64,000 bases of DNA from an uncultured Pelagibacteraceae bacterium (GCA_902631135.1 CACOXL010000002.1:4990-68989), one strand, 5' to 3'; shown: positions 11,774 through 22,952, numbered from the stretch's first letter. The notes: generated by a model from the sequence alone, not told the origin. Numbers and translations: made by a program.

Positions 11774-13153
11774 CTAAGATGCCACTTGAATAGCATTTTT
11801 TGAATAGCTGCTATTCTTTTTTATCTCATCTGAAATTAAAAAGGCTAGTTCTAAGGCTTGATTAGCATTCAATCTTGGGTCACAATGAGTATGATATCTT
11901 GAAGATAAATCTTTTTCTGAAATCTTTTGTGCTCCACCTGTACATTCTGTCACATTTTGACCAGTCAATTCAATATGTAATCCACCCGCATAACTTCCTT
12001 CACTTTGATGACATGCAAAAACATTTTTAACTTCTTTAAGTACGCTATTGAAAGGTCTTGTTTTAAAACCAGTTGAAGCTTGCATTGTGTTTCCATGACA
12101 TGGATCACATGACCAGATAACATTTAATCCCTCTTTTTTAATAGCTCTTATTAGTTTTGGTAAATGCTTAGAAACATTATCACAACCAAACCTAGATATT
12201 AAAGTAATTTTTCCTTTTTCATTTTTGGGATTAATTCTATTGCATAAATTAATTAGATCGTCTGCTTTTAATGTGGGTCCACATTTAATCCCAATTGGGT
12301 TTTCTATTCCTCTGCAAAACTCAACATGTCCTCCATCAAGTTGTCTTGTTCTATCTCCAATCCAGACAAAGTGTGCAGAAGTATCATGATTTTCTCCTGT
12401 TGTGGAATCTGTCCTCGTCATAGACTCTTCAAAAGGCAATAATAATGCTTCGTGTGAAGTCCAAAAATTAACAGTCTTTAATCTTCTATTAAAGTCAGAA
12501 TTAATTCCACATGCATCCATAAAAGATAATGCTTTTTCAATTTGATCTTCTAAATCTTTAAATCTTTTTGCTTCAGGACTTTTTTTAATAAATCCTAAAT
12601 TCCAGGTATGAACTTTTTTTAGATCTGCAAAACCTCCATGTGAAAATGCTCTTATCAAATTTAGTGTTGCTGCTGATTGTGAATATGCTTTAAATAATCT
12701 TTTTGGATCAGGAACTCTTGCTTTTTCACTGAACTCTATTCCATTAATATTATCACCTAAGTAACTTGGTAATTCAACACCACCTTTTACTTCAACCGGT
12801 GAACTTCGTGGTTTTGAAAACTGTCCAGCAATTCGACCCAATTTAACAACTGGTAATGATGCAGAATAAGTTAAAACTAATGACATTTGAAGCATCAGCT
12901 TAAAAGTATCTCTTATATTGTCAGGATGAAATTCTGCAAAACTTTCAGCACAGTCACCTCCTTGCAATAAAAATGCTTTTCCATCAACAACTTCTGCAAG
13001 TTGTTGTTTGAGATGTCTAGTTTCTCCAGCAAAAACAAGAGGTGGAAAAGTTTTAATTTTATTTAAAACTTGATCCAATTCTTTTTTATCCGGGTATTCC
13101 GGAATATGTTTTACTGGATATTTTCTCCAGCTATTTACTTTCCAATTTTTCAT
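11774..13153 (-). CDS. Class II DAHP synthase
   Basis: LLQGGDCAESF, GRIAGQFSKPRS, WIGDRTRQ, CDPRLN motifs. Confidence 0.96.
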   Translation of the reverse strand: MKNWKVNSWRKYPVKHIPEYPDKKELDQVLNKIKTFPPLVFAGETRHLKQQLAEVVDGKAFLLQGGDCAESFAEFHPDNIRDTFKLMLQMSLVLTYSASLPVVKLGRIAGQFSKPRSSPVEVKGGVELPSYLGDNINGIEFSEKARVPDPKRLFKAYSQSAATLNLIRAFSHGGFADLKKVHTWNLGFIKKSPEAKRFKDLEDQIEKALSFMDACGINSDFNRRLKTVNFWTSHEALLLPFEESMTRTDSTTGENHDTSAHFVWIGDRTRQLDGGHVEFCRGIENPIGIKCGPTLKADDLINLCNRINPKNEKGKITLISRFGCDNVSKHLPKLIRAIKKEGLNVIWSCDPCHGNTMQASTGFKTRPFNSVLKEVKNVFACHQSEGSYAGGLHIELTGQNVTECTGGAQKISEKDLSSRYHTHCDPRLNANQALELAFLISDEIKKNSSYSKNAIQVAS

Positions 13154-13188
13154 GTTCAACCTAAGATTGTTGTATCAGAGTTTTTTTT

Positions 13189-15009
13189 TTATTCAACGGT
13201 AACAGATTTAGCTAAATTTCTAGGCTTATCTATGTCAAAACCTTTTTTTAAGGCAGAATAATATGCTAATTTTTGTAAAGGTATTGTTAAAAGAAAGGGT
13301 AAAAGATCCTCATTTGTACTCTCGACCTCTAAAGTTTCCCAAATATTTTCAGAAACAACTTCATCTTTACTTTTATTTGTAATCAATAAAACTTTTGCTC
13401 CTCTTGCAATAACTTCCTGCATGTTTGAAATTGTTTTTTTATAATAATTGTCTCTTGGTGCTAAAACTACAACTGGCATTCCCTCTTCTATTAGAGCTAA
13501 TGGTCCATGCTTCATTTCTCCAGCAGGATAACCTTCAGCATGAATATAAGATAATTCCTTCAACTTTAATGCTCCTTCCAATGCAATTGGATATGAAAAT
13601 CCTCTTCCCAAGAACATTGATCCTTTGGCTTCATTAAAGGTATTAGATATAGTTTGTATCTTACTGTCTGTAAGTAAAGTTTGTTCTACTAATTTTGGTA
13701 ATTCTTTTAAATCCTTAAGTTTTTGATTAAATATATCTTTTTTCAGATCTTTTCTTAACAACCCAACTTTTAAAGATAATATATATAGTATTAATATTTG
13801 ACCCAAAAATGCCTTTGTTGAAGCTACACCAATTTCAGTTCCACAATGAATAGGCAAAACAAACTCAGAGTCCCTTGCTATAGAGCTTTCAATAACATTT
13901 ACAACTGCACAGGTTTTCATTCCATTTTTTTTGCACAAATCTAAAGCAGCATAAGTGTCTGCTGTTTCTCCTGATTGAGAAACAAAAACATATAGAGTTT
14001 CTTTTTTAAATCTATTTTTTCTGTACCTGAATTCGGATGCAATATCTACACTAACATCTAAAGAAGTTAATTCTTCAAACCAATATTTAGCCATCAAACA
14101 ACTATGATAAGCTGTACCACAACCAATTAAAGTAATTGAAGAAATTTCATTTATTTTCCACGGGAAGTTATAAATATTGATATCATTATTTGCATTATCG
14201 ACATATTCTTTAATTCCATTTTTTAAAGTAGTTGGTTGTTCTTCAATTTCCTTAGCCATGAAATGCTTATAATCACCCTTATCATATTTTTCTTCATCAG
14301 AGGATAATTCTAAAACTTTTTTATTTATTTTTATTCCTTCCTCATTAAAAAACTCTACATGATCTTTTTTTATGATACAAAATTCACCGTCATCAAGATA
14401 AGTAATCTTGTTAGTCATTGATTTTAATGCATATGAGTCTGAGCCTAAATAGTTTTCATTTGGACCATAACCCACTGCTAAAGGCGAACCTCTTCTTGCT
14501 CCTACAATTAAATCTGGTTGATCTTTAAATATAATTCCTAAAGCAAAACTTCCATGAAGTGATTTTAAAGTTTTTTGTATTGAGTTTACTATATCTTCAG
14601 TTTTTAAATGTTCTGTAATTAAATGAACAATTACTTCAGTGTCTGTTTGTGACTTAAATTTATGTCCTTTTCCAATTAAAAATTTTTTTAATAATGTTGA
14701 ATTTTCAATTATACCATTATGAACCACTGATACATTTTGTGATGAGTGAGGATGTGCATTTATACTATTTGGTAATCCATGAGTGGCCCATCTCACATGA
14801 CCAATACCTATAGTGCCTTCCATATTTTGTACCAAAGAATTTTTTTCAAGTTTATCTACTCTTCCTTCTGATTTAACTTCATTAATTAAACCACTAGAAA
14901 GTGTAGCGATACCTGCTGAGTCATACCCTCTGTATTCTAATTTTTTTAAAGAATTAATAATTGAAACTGAAACAGGTTTATTACTATTTATTCCTATTAT
15001 TCCACACAT
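13189..15009 (-). CDS. glmS: Glutamine--fructose-6-phosphate transaminase
   Basis: MCGIIG N-terminus, LEYRGYDSAG, RWATHG, SQSGETAD, PRNLAKSVTVE C-terminus. Confidence 0.99.
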   Translation of the reverse strand: MCGIIGINSNKPVSVSIINSLKKLEYRGYDSAGIATLSSGLINEVKSEGRVDKLEKNSLVQNMEGTIGIGHVRWATHGLPNSINAHPHSSQNVSVVHNGIIENSTLLKKFLIGKGHKFKSQTDTEVIVHLITEHLKTEDIVNSIQKTLKSLHGSFALGIIFKDQPDLIVGARRGSPLAVGYGPNENYLGSDSYALKSMTNKITYLDDGEFCIIKKDHVEFFNEEGIKINKKVLELSSDEEKYDKGDYKHFMAKEIEEQPTTLKNGIKEYVDNANNDINIYNFPWKINEISSITLIGCGTAYHSCLMAKYWFEELTSLDVSVDIASEFRYRKNRFKKETLYVFVSQSGETADTYAALDLCKKNGMKTCAVVNVIESSIARDSEFVLPIHCGTEIGVASTKAFLGQILILYILSLKVGLLRKDLKKDIFNQKLKDLKELPKLVEQTLLTDSKIQTISNTFNEAKGSMFLGRGFSYPIALEGALKLKELSYIHAEGYPAGEMKHGPLALIEEGMPVVVLAPRDNYYKKTISNMQEVIARGAKVLLITNKSKDEVVSENIWETLEVESTNEDLLPFLLTIPLQKLAYYSALKKGFDIDKPRNLAKSVTVE

Positions 15010-15011
15010 TA

Positions 15012-15635
15012 TTATTTACTTTTTCTTTTATAATTTTTTACTTCAGTCTGCAAAGTTCTTGTTAAAGCCAGAGATTTTCTTCTTACATTTTTTGTGATTA
15101 CAGATCCAGCTCCAACTACACTTCCTTCTTCAATAGTTAAAGGAGCAACTAATGATGCATTAGATCCAATAAAAACATTATCTTTAATTTTAGTTTTATT
15201 TTTTTTTAATCCGTCATAATTACATGTAATAGTTCCTGCTCCCACATTTACAAATTTACCAATTGTACTATCACCAATATAAGTTAAATGGCTTACTTTA
15301 GATTTTTTTCCAATAACACTTTTTTTTATTTCAACAAAATTGCCAACTTTAGATCCTTCTTTTAGAACCACACCAGGTCTAATTCGAGCATAAGGACCAA
15401 TATCAACTTTATTCTCTACCTTACAATTTTCTAAATGAGAAAAAGATTTAATAGTAACATTGTTGCCTATCTTAACTTTTATTCCAAAAACCACATATGG
15501 CTCTATTGTAACATTTTTTCCAATCTTAGTATCTTTTGAAAAATAAATCGTTTCAGGCCCAACCATTTTAACTCCCTGTCTAGAAAATTTATTTCTAAGG
15601 TTGTCTTGAAGCTTTTGTAATTTTAACTGTTTCAT
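15012..15635 (-). CDS. glmU: GlmU acetyltransferase (left-handed beta-helix) domain only
   Basis: IGPYARIRP, VGNFVEIK, HLTYIGD, GAGTITCNYDG motifs; 207 aa, no nucleotidyltransferase domain; upstream of glmS. Confidence 0.88.
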   Translation of the reverse strand: MKQLKLQKLQDNLRNKFSRQGVKMVGPETIYFSKDTKIGKNVTIEPYVVFGIKVKIGNNVTIKSFSHLENCKVENKVDIGPYARIRPGVVLKEGSKVGNFVEIKKSVIGKKSKVSHLTYIGDSTIGKFVNVGAGTITCNYDGLKKNKTKIKDNVFIGSNASLVAPLTIEEGSVVGAGSVITKNVRRKSLALTRTLQTEVKNYKRKSK

Positions 15636-15706
15636 CTATGAAATTCTTTATATTAAGTATATATGTTTCTTAATTCACAAAATATTTCTTAAAAATACTT
15701 TTGAAT

Positions 15707-16390
15707 ATGAAACAAAAATTTACAATTCTTTTTGATTTAGATGGGACTTTGGTAGATACCGCGCCAGATTTAATGCATGCTCATAATCACGTGATGAAAA
15801 AGTACGGCTACCCAACAAAATCAACTGATGAAATAAGAAATCTAGTAGGTCAAGGTGCGGGAGCAATGCTTGGCCGATCGATATGGGGCCAGGCAAAAAA
15901 AGAATTTGGAAAAATCCAAGATGATAAGATTAAAAAAGAAATGGTAAATGATTTTGTTGATTTCTATGGAAAAAATATTGTCAATGAAAGTACTCTTATA
16001 AGAGGAGTTAAAGAATTTTTGATATGGTCAAAAGAAAATAATATCTCGATGGCAGTTTGTACAAACAAACAAGAACATTTAGCAATAGATCTTTTAAAAA
16101 AAATTGGTATCTACAATTTTTTTGAATACGTGGCTGGACATAACACTTTTGATTATTGTAAACCTGATCCAAGACACTTGACTTCTGTTATTGAAATATT
16201 GGATGGAGATTTAAAAAAATCATTAATGATAGGTGATAGCGAAACTGATGCAAATGCAGCCAAAGACGCGGGTATTCCAGTAATTCTTCTTGAGGATGGA
16301 TATACTGAAAAAAAAATAACCGAAATTTACCACAATCATCTAATAAAAGACTTTATAGGTATTGAAAAAATTGTATCAAAATATCTTTAA
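15707..16390 (+). CDS. gph: HAD hydrolase, phosphoglycolate phosphatase-like
   Basis: FDLDGTLVDTAPDL, CTNK, KPDP, MIGDS motifs; divergent from glmU. Confidence 0.85.
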   Translation: MKQKFTILFDLDGTLVDTAPDLMHAHNHVMKKYGYPTKSTDEIRNLVGQGAGAMLGRSIWGQAKKEFGKIQDDKIKKEMVNDFVDFYGKNIVNESTLIRGVKEFLIWSKENNISMAVCTNKQEHLAIDLLKKIGIYNFFEYVAGHNTFDYCKPDPRHLTSVIEILDGDLKKSLMIGDSETDANAAKDAGIPVILLEDGYTEKKITEIYHNHLIKDFIGIEKIVSKYL

Positions 16391-16444
16391 TGTTGATTAT
16401 TTTTTTTTAACTATTAAAAACAATTTCGTTAATCTGGAGTTATT

Positions 16445-17947
16445 TTGATAGTTCATAATGTAAAAGTTTATCCATCTAAAAAACATTTACCTAAAAAGAG
16501 TCAACTTGCATGGAAAATTGCAGAGATTGCTAGTGATAATGCAAAATTAGATAAAGATGCAATTGAAATGGTTATTAATAGAATTATTGATAATGCATCT
16601 GTTGCAATTGCATCTCTTAACAGAAGACCAGTAATTTCCTCAAGAGAAATGGCTTTTAAACATTCAAGAAAAAATGGTGCTACACTATTTGGAATAAATA
16701 GTAAAATAAGATTTGATTGTGAATGGGCAGCATGGTCAAATGGAACGGCAGTTAGAGAATTAGATTTTCATGATACCTTTTTAGCTGCTGATTATAGTCA
16801 TCCCGGAGACAATATTCCTCCTCTAATAAGTGTAGCTCAACAAAATAAAAAAAGTGGTTTAGATCTTTTAAGAGGAATTATAACTGCATATGAAATTCAG
16901 GTAAATTTAGTGAAAGGAATTTGTTTACATAAACATAAGGTAGATCATATTGCCCACTTAGGTCCAAGTGTTGCAGCTGGAATTGGTACAATGTTAAGAT
17001 TAAATACCGAAACTATTTATCAAGCTGTGCAACAAGCTCTTCATACAACAATTTCTACTAGACAATCTAGAAAAGGTGAAATTTCAAGTTGGAAAGCCTA
17101 TGCTCCAGCTCATGCAGGAAAGCTTGCTATAGAAGCTGTAGATAGAGTTATGCGTGGTGAAGGTGCGCCTAGTCCAATTTATGAAGGTGAAGATAGTGTA
17201 ATTGCAAGAATTCTTGATGGTAAAAAAGCATCATATAAAGTTCCACTTCCAAAAAAAGGAGAGACAAAAAAAGCTATACTCGAAACTTATACAAAAGAAT
17301 ATTCTGCAGAATATCAATCTCAAGCTTTGATCGATTTAGCTAAAAAATTAAAAAAGAAAATAAGCAATCTTAATCAAATTAAAAAAATAGATATTTACAC
17401 AAGTCATCATACTCATTTTGTGATTGGAACTGGTGCAAATGATCCTCAAAAAATGGATCCTAATGCTAGTAGAGAAACTTTAGATCACTCAATAATGTAT
17501 ATATTTGCAGTAGCTTTAGAGGATGGTACTTGGCATCATATTAAATCTTATACAAAGGCAAGAGCAAAACGTAAAAGCACAATCAAAATTTGGAGATCAA
17601 TTAAAACTCATGAAGACAAAAAATGGACCAAGAGATATCATGATCCTAACCCTAAAAAGAAAGCTTTTGGTGCAAAAGTGGTAATTACTCTTAAAAATGG
17701 TAAAAAAGTTATTGAAGAACAAGGGGTTGCGGACGCTCATCCTTATGGAGCACGCCCTTTCAAAAGAAAAAACTATATTAATAAGTTTTTAACATTGACT
17801 GAAAATATATTAAGTAAAAAAGAAAGTAATAAGTTTTTAAAGACAGTACAAAATTTGAAAAAATTAAAATCAGGTCAACTTAGTAGGCTGAATTTAGAAG
17901 TTAAAAAGAGTAGAATTAAAAGAAATTTAAAAAAAGGAATTTTTTAA
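16445..17947 (+). CDS. prpD: 2-methylcitrate dehydratase (MmgE/PrpD)
   Basis: [29 protein letters not shown] motifs; TTG start with GGAG SD; first gene of prpDBC. Confidence 0.95.
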   Translation: MIVHNVKVYPSKKHLPKKSQLAWKIAEIASDNAKLDKDAIEMVINRIIDNASVAIASLNRRPVISSREMAFKHSRKNGATLFGINSKIRFDCEWAAWSNGTAVRELDFHDTFLAADYSHPGDNIPPLISVAQQNKKSGLDLLRGIITAYEIQVNLVKGICLHKHKVDHIAHLGPSVAAGIGTMLRLNTETIYQAVQQALHTTISTRQSRKGEISSWKAYAPAHAGKLAIEAVDRVMRGEGAPSPIYEGEDSVIARILDGKKASYKVPLPKKGETKKAILETYTKEYSAEYQSQALIDLAKKLKKKISNLNQIKKIDIYTSHHTHFVIGTGANDPQKMDPNASRETLDHSIMYIFAVALEDGTWHHIKSYTKARAKRKSTIKIWRSIKTHEDKKWTKRYHDPNPKKKAFGAKVVITLKNGKKVIEEQGVADAHPYGARPFKRKNYINKFLTLTENILSKKESNKFLKTVQNLKKLKSGQLSRLNLEVKKSRIKRNLKKGIF

Positions 17948-18843
17948 TGCACTTTATCGAAAAAGAGCCTCATCAAAAAAGAGAAGATTTTGTAAATAAA
18001 TTAAAATCAAACAAAATTTTAAGAGTTCCAGGTGCCTATAATCCTTTAACTGCAAAATTAATTGAGGAAATTGGTTATGACGCTGTATATGTTTCAGGCG
18101 GAGTAATGGCAAATGATCTTGGTTTTCCTGACATTGGTTTAACAACATTACAAGATGTAAGTACTCGATCGTATTTAATTTCAAGAGTAACTAATCTTCC
18201 AACAATTGTTGATATAGATACTGGATTTAAGTCATGTAAAGAAACAATAGAAACTTTCGAGCAGTTTGGAATTGCTGCTGTACATTTAGAAGATCAAATA
18301 GAAAGAAAAAGATGTGGTCACTTAGATAATAAAGAACTTATTTCAACTGAAGCAATGGTTAAAAAGATTAAAGAATGTGTAGCTGCTAAGAAGGATAAAA
18401 ATTTTAAAATCATAGCAAGATCTGATGCAAAAAGTGTAGAAGGTATAGATAAAATGATTAGTAGATGTAAGGCCTACGTAGATGCTGGTGCGGAAATTAT
18501 TTTTCCAGAAGCTTTACATGATGAGAAAGATTTTGAAAAAGTTAGAAAAGAGCTCTCTTGTTATCTTTTAGCTAACATGACTGAATTTGGGAAAACAAAG
18601 TTGTTTAATTATAAAGAATTAGAACAATTCGGATATAATATAGTCATTTATCCAGTTACAACCCAAAGACTAGCATTGAAAAATGTTGAGGATGGATTAA
18701 GAGACATTTATGCAAATGGACACCAGAACAATATTATTGATAAAATGCAATCTAGGAAGAGATTATATGAACTCGTTGATTATGAAAAATACAACAGTTT
18801 AGACGAAAAGATTTATAATTTTAATACTGAAGGTCATGAATAA
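17947..18843 (+). CDS. prpB: 2-methylisocitrate lyase
   Basis: DIDTGF, HLEDQ..KRCGH, LANMTEFGKT motifs. Confidence 0.95.
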   Translation: MHFIEKEPHQKREDFVNKLKSNKILRVPGAYNPLTAKLIEEIGYDAVYVSGGVMANDLGFPDIGLTTLQDVSTRSYLISRVTNLPTIVDIDTGFKSCKETIETFEQFGIAAVHLEDQIERKRCGHLDNKELISTEAMVKKIKECVAAKKDKNFKIIARSDAKSVEGIDKMISRCKAYVDAGAEIIFPEALHDEKDFEKVRKELSCYLLANMTEFGKTKLFNYKELEQFGYNIVIYPVTTQRLALKNVEDGLRDIYANGHQNNIIDKMQSRKRLYELVDYEKYNSLDEKIYNFNTEGHE

Positions 18844-19967
18844 TGAGTGATGAAATAAAAAAAGGTTTACTTGGAATAGTTGTTGATGAAACAGAAGTTT
18901 CAAAAGTAATGCCTGAAATTAATTCTCTAACCTATAGAGGTTATGCGGCTCAGGATTTATGTGAATATTGTAAATTTGAGGAGGTTGCGTATTTAATTTT
19001 GAATAAAGATTTACCTAATACTATTCAGCTTAGAAAATTTGAAAAAGAGGAAAAAAGTAATAGAGAGTTATCCAAAGATCTTTATTCAATACTTAAAAAG
19101 ATGCCTAAAAAATCACATCCAATGGATGTAGCAAGAACAGCTGTAAGCATAATGGGTCTTGAGGATAAAGAAACTACTGACTCTTCTCCCGAGGCAAATA
19201 TGAGAAAGGCTATAAGAATTTTAGCTAAAACGCCTACGGCTTTAGCAGCCTTTTATAGATTAAGGAAAGGTAAAAATATCATTAAACCTAAAAAGAATTT
19301 AAGCATTGCTGAAAACTTCTTCTATATGTGTTTTGGAAAAGTACCTCAAAAAGAAATAGTTAAAGCTTTTGATGTATCTTTAATTTTATACGCTGAACAC
19401 AGTTTTAACGTTTCAACATTTACAGCAAGAACTATTACCAGTAGTTTATCTGATATTCATGGTGCAATTACCGGGGCAATAGCAAGCTTAAAAGGTCCAC
19501 TTCATGGTGGTGCTAATGAGGAGGTCATGCATATGATGAATAAAATTAAAACACCAAATAACGCTCTTAAATGGATCAATAACGCTCTTGATAATAAAGA
19601 CGTTGTAATGGGTTTTGGTCATAGAGTTTATAAAAGTGGAGACTCTAGAGTACCTACAATGAGAAAATATTTTGGAAAAGTTGCAAAAATTAAAAAAGAT
19701 AAAAAATTTGAAAAAATTTATGACATCGTTGAAAAGGTAATGATTGATAGAAAAAACATTCATCCTAATGTTGATTATCCAACTGGACCCACATATCATT
19801 TAATGGGCTTTGACACAGATTTTTTTACTCCAATATTTGTGATATCAAGAATAACAGGTTGGTCTGCGCATATAATGGAACAACACGCTGCAAATAAATT
19901 GATTAGGCCACTTTCAAAATATAGTGGACCTAAACACAGAAAAGTTCTACAGTTAAATCAAAGATAA
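18843..19967 (+). CDS. prpC: 2-methylcitrate synthase
   Basis: LYAEHSFN.STF, GPLHGGANE, MGFGHRVY, PNVDY motifs; in prp operon. Confidence 0.93.
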   Translation: MSDEIKKGLLGIVVDETEVSKVMPEINSLTYRGYAAQDLCEYCKFEEVAYLILNKDLPNTIQLRKFEKEEKSNRELSKDLYSILKKMPKKSHPMDVARTAVSIMGLEDKETTDSSPEANMRKAIRILAKTPTALAAFYRLRKGKNIIKPKKNLSIAENFFYMCFGKVPQKEIVKAFDVSLILYAEHSFNVSTFTARTITSSLSDIHGAITGAIASLKGPLHGGANEEVMHMMNKIKTPNNALKWINNALDNKDVVMGFGHRVYKSGDSRVPTMRKYFGKVAKIKKDKKFEKIYDIVEKVMIDRKNIHPNVDYPTGPTYHLMGFDTDFFTPIFVISRITGWSAHIMEQHAANKLIRPLSKYSGPKHRKVLQLNQR

Positions 19968-19970
19968 TTA

Positions 19971-20987
19971 TTAACTAAATGCTTCCACCCAAGTTCCTTG
20001 AGTAGATGCTTTAGAATATTCAGTAGCACGACCCTCAAAGAAATTCATGTGTTCAACAGCATTCAACATAGTGTCTAGCCAACCTAAAGGATTTTTTTCA
20101 ACTTTATAGATTGGTTCTAAACCAAGTTGGTCTAATCTTCTATTAGCTATAAATCTAATGTAATCTTTAACTTCTTGTGCTGTTAAACCTTCCATAGGAC
20201 CCATTTCAAACGCTAGATCTATAAAAGCATCTTCATGTTCAATAATAGTTCTACAAGCTTCATAAAGTTCTTTTTTTAATTTTGGAGTCCATATTTCTGG
20301 ATTCTCTTTTATAAATTCTTTAAAAACTCTTATCATTGAATTACAGTGAAGTGTTTCATCTCTAACAGACCAGGTAACTATTTGGCCCATTCCTTTCATT
20401 TTATTGTGTCTTGGAAAATTTAAGAGAATTGCAAAACTTGCAAATAACTGAAGACCTTCCGTAAATGCACTAAATACTGCAACTGTTTTTGCAATATCCT
20501 CTTTTGAATTTACATTAAAATCTTGCATATAATCATATTTATCTTTCATTTCTTTATACTTCATGAAAGCTGAATATTCAGACTCAGGCATGCCAATAGT
20601 ATCAAGTAGATGTGAATAGGCAGCAATATGAACCGTTTCCATTGATGCAAAAGCAGTCATCATCATTAAAACTTCAGTAGGTTTAAATACAGTTGTGTAA
20701 TGTCTTAAATAGCAATTGCTAACTTCAACATCTGCTTGGGTAAAAAATCTAAATATTTGTGTTAACAAATTTTTTTCTGATTGAGATAAATTTTTTTGCC
20801 AATCTCTAACATCATCACCTAGTGGCACTTCTTCAGGCAACCAATGAATTCTTTGTTGAGTCAACCATGCATCATAGCACCACGGATATCTGAATGGTTT
20901 GTAAACAGGGTTTTCAACTAATAGTCCCATTTTTTTTGGTTGAATAATCTCTTTTTTTTCTACTTTAATTTTTTCTGCTACTGACAT
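19971..20987 (-). CDS. nrdB: Ribonucleotide reductase class Ia beta subunit
   Basis: HWLPEE, ETVH...Y, EGLQLF.SF, DETLH, NFFE.RATEY motifs; likely start MSVAEK overlapping the nrdA stop. Confidence 0.96.
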   Translation of the reverse strand: MSVAEKIKVEKKEIIQPKKMGLLVENPVYKPFRYPWCYDAWLTQQRIHWLPEEVPLGDDVRDWQKNLSQSEKNLLTQIFRFFTQADVEVSNCYLRHYTTVFKPTEVLMMMTAFASMETVHIAAYSHLLDTIGMPESEYSAFMKYKEMKDKYDYMQDFNVNSKEDIAKTVAVFSAFTEGLQLFASFAILLNFPRHNKMKGMGQIVTWSVRDETLHCNSMIRVFKEFIKENPEIWTPKLKKELYEACRTIIEHEDAFIDLAFEMGPMEGLTAQEVKDYIRFIANRRLDQLGLEPIYKVEKNPLGWLDTMLNAVEHMNFFEGRATEYSKASTQGTWVEAFS

Positions 20988-22918
20988 GATAAACACTCCT
21001 CGTATTCTGGTTCTTTATTTGTTTGTTGATTATTAGATTTATATACATTGGCAGTAATATCTGTTGATTTTGCATCATTAATATTTTCTGCTCTTTGAAT
21101 TGATTTTGATCTGCAATAATAAAGGCTTTTTAGGCCTTTTTTCCATGCATCAAAATGAATTCTATGTAATTCTTTTTTATGAACATCTGCTGGTAAAAAT
21201 AAGTTAACTGATTGTGCTTGAGAAATAAATGGTGTTCTATCACCACTTAGCTCAATAATCCATTTTTGATTTAATTCAAAAGCAGTTTTAAAAACATCCT
21301 TTTCTAAATCTGTTAAAAAGTCTAAATGCGAAACAGATCCTTGGTTGGTAGTTATTGTAGACCATGTTTCATCATCATTTTTACCATGACTTTCTAAAAT
21401 TTCTTCTAAATATCTATTTCTAACATTAAAAGATCCTGACAGAGTTTTATGAGTATAACTATTTGCAGCAATAGGTTCTACACCTGGTGAAGCTCCACCA
21501 CAAATAATAGAGATTGAAGCTGTTGGAGCAATAGCTGTTTTGTTAGAAAATCTTTCTTTAAAACCATACTCTGCTGCATCAGGACAAGCGCCTCTTTCTT
21601 CTGCTAAATCTTTTGATGCTTTATTAACTTGTTCGTTTATTTGTTTAAATATTTTTTTATTCCAAGATTTTGCCATCACTGACTCTAGTGGGATCCTATT
21701 TTTTTGTAAAAAAGAGTGAAAACCCATCACCCCTAATCCAACACTTCTTTCTCTTTCAGCAGAATATATTGCATCTTTAAATTGATCTGGAGCTTTATTT
21801 ATAAAGTCTGACAAAACATTGTCTAAAAATCTCATGACATCACCAATCATATCTGGATCATCTTTCCATTCATCATACTTCTCAAGATTTAATGAAGACA
21901 AACAACAAACTGCTGTTCTATCTCTTCCATCTTTATCAATACCTGTAGGCAAAGTTATTTCACTACACAAATTAGATGTTTTAACTGTTAAATTTGCGAG
22001 TTTATGGTGCTGTGGGATTAACCTGTTAACAGTATCAATGTAAATTATATATGGCTCACCTGTCTCAATTCTGGCAGTCAGCAATCTAATCCATAAATTT
22101 CTAGCAGATATTGTTTGTTGAACTGTTCCATCAGCAGGACTTTTTAATGCCCATTGTTCATCTGTTTCAACTGCACGCATAAAAGCATCTGAAACTAAAA
22201 CACCATGATGTAAATTTAATGCTTTTCTATTTGGATCTCCACCTGTTGGTCTTCTCATTTCTATAAATTCTTCTATCTCTGGATGATCTACTGGAAGATA
22301 ACAAGCTGCAGACCCTCTTCTTAAAGATCCTTGACTAATTGCCATTGTCAAAGAGTCCATAACTTTTATGAAAGGAATTATTCCTGAAGTTTTTCCAACT
22401 TTTCCAATCTTTTCTCCGATAGATCTTAAATTACCCCAATAGCTTCCTATGCCACCACCTTTTGCAGCTAACCAAACATTCTCACTCCAAAGATCTAAAA
22501 TACCTCCTAAGCTATCTGAAGCTTCATTTAAAAAACATGAAATCGGCAAACCTCTTTTCGTACCACCATTAGACAAAACTGGTGTTGCTGGCATAAACCA
22601 TAAATTGCTTATGTAGTTGTAAATTCTTTGAGCATGTAAATTGTCATCTGCGTAAGAGCTTGCTACTCTTGCAAATAGATCTTGAAAAGACTCGTTGTGA
22701 CCCAGATATCTATCTTTTAATGTTGCTTTACCAAAGTCGGTTAGATTAGCATCACGAGATCGATCAATTTTAATTATAATTCCTTTATCATTTTGAAACA
22801 GCTCAGTTTCATTACTTAAAGAGAAAAGATCAGGTCTATTTCCTTTTGGGACCTCTTTTACCTCAGGGCTATATTCAGAGACAGCTTTCTTTAAGGCCTG
22901 AGATAGAATTTTATTCAT
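20978..22918 (-). CDS. nrdA: Ribonucleotide reductase class Ia alpha subunit
   Basis: ATP.L.N, PISCF, SNLCSEI, AIAPTAS, KSLYY motifs and C-terminal ECLSCQ. Confidence 0.97.
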   Translation of the reverse strand: MNKILSQALKKAVSEYSPEVKEVPKGNRPDLFSLSNETELFQNDKGIIIKIDRSRDANLTDFGKATLKDRYLGHNESFQDLFARVASSYADDNLHAQRIYNYISNLWFMPATPVLSNGGTKRGLPISCFLNEASDSLGGILDLWSENVWLAAKGGGIGSYWGNLRSIGEKIGKVGKTSGIIPFIKVMDSLTMAISQGSLRRGSAACYLPVDHPEIEEFIEMRRPTGGDPNRKALNLHHGVLVSDAFMRAVETDEQWALKSPADGTVQQTISARNLWIRLLTARIETGEPYIIYIDTVNRLIPQHHKLANLTVKTSNLCSEITLPTGIDKDGRDRTAVCCLSSLNLEKYDEWKDDPDMIGDVMRFLDNVLSDFINKAPDQFKDAIYSAERERSVGLGVMGFHSFLQKNRIPLESVMAKSWNKKIFKQINEQVNKASKDLAEERGACPDAAEYGFKERFSNKTAIAPTASISIICGGASPGVEPIAANSYTHKTLSGSFNVRNRYLEEILESHGKNDDETWSTITTNQGSVSHLDFLTDLEKDVFKTAFELNQKWIIELSGDRTPFISQAQSVNLFLPADVHKKELHRIHFDAWKKGLKSLYYCRSKSIQRAENINDAKSTDITANVYKSNNQQTNKEPEYEECLSCQ

Positions 22919-22952
22919 AAATATGTATTATATTTTGTTATTTTAACGAAAA

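Noticed and set aside
15010-15060. Possible glmS ribozyme
   Set aside because: glmU ends 2 bp before glmS, so there is no leader and no ribozyme-like sequence.
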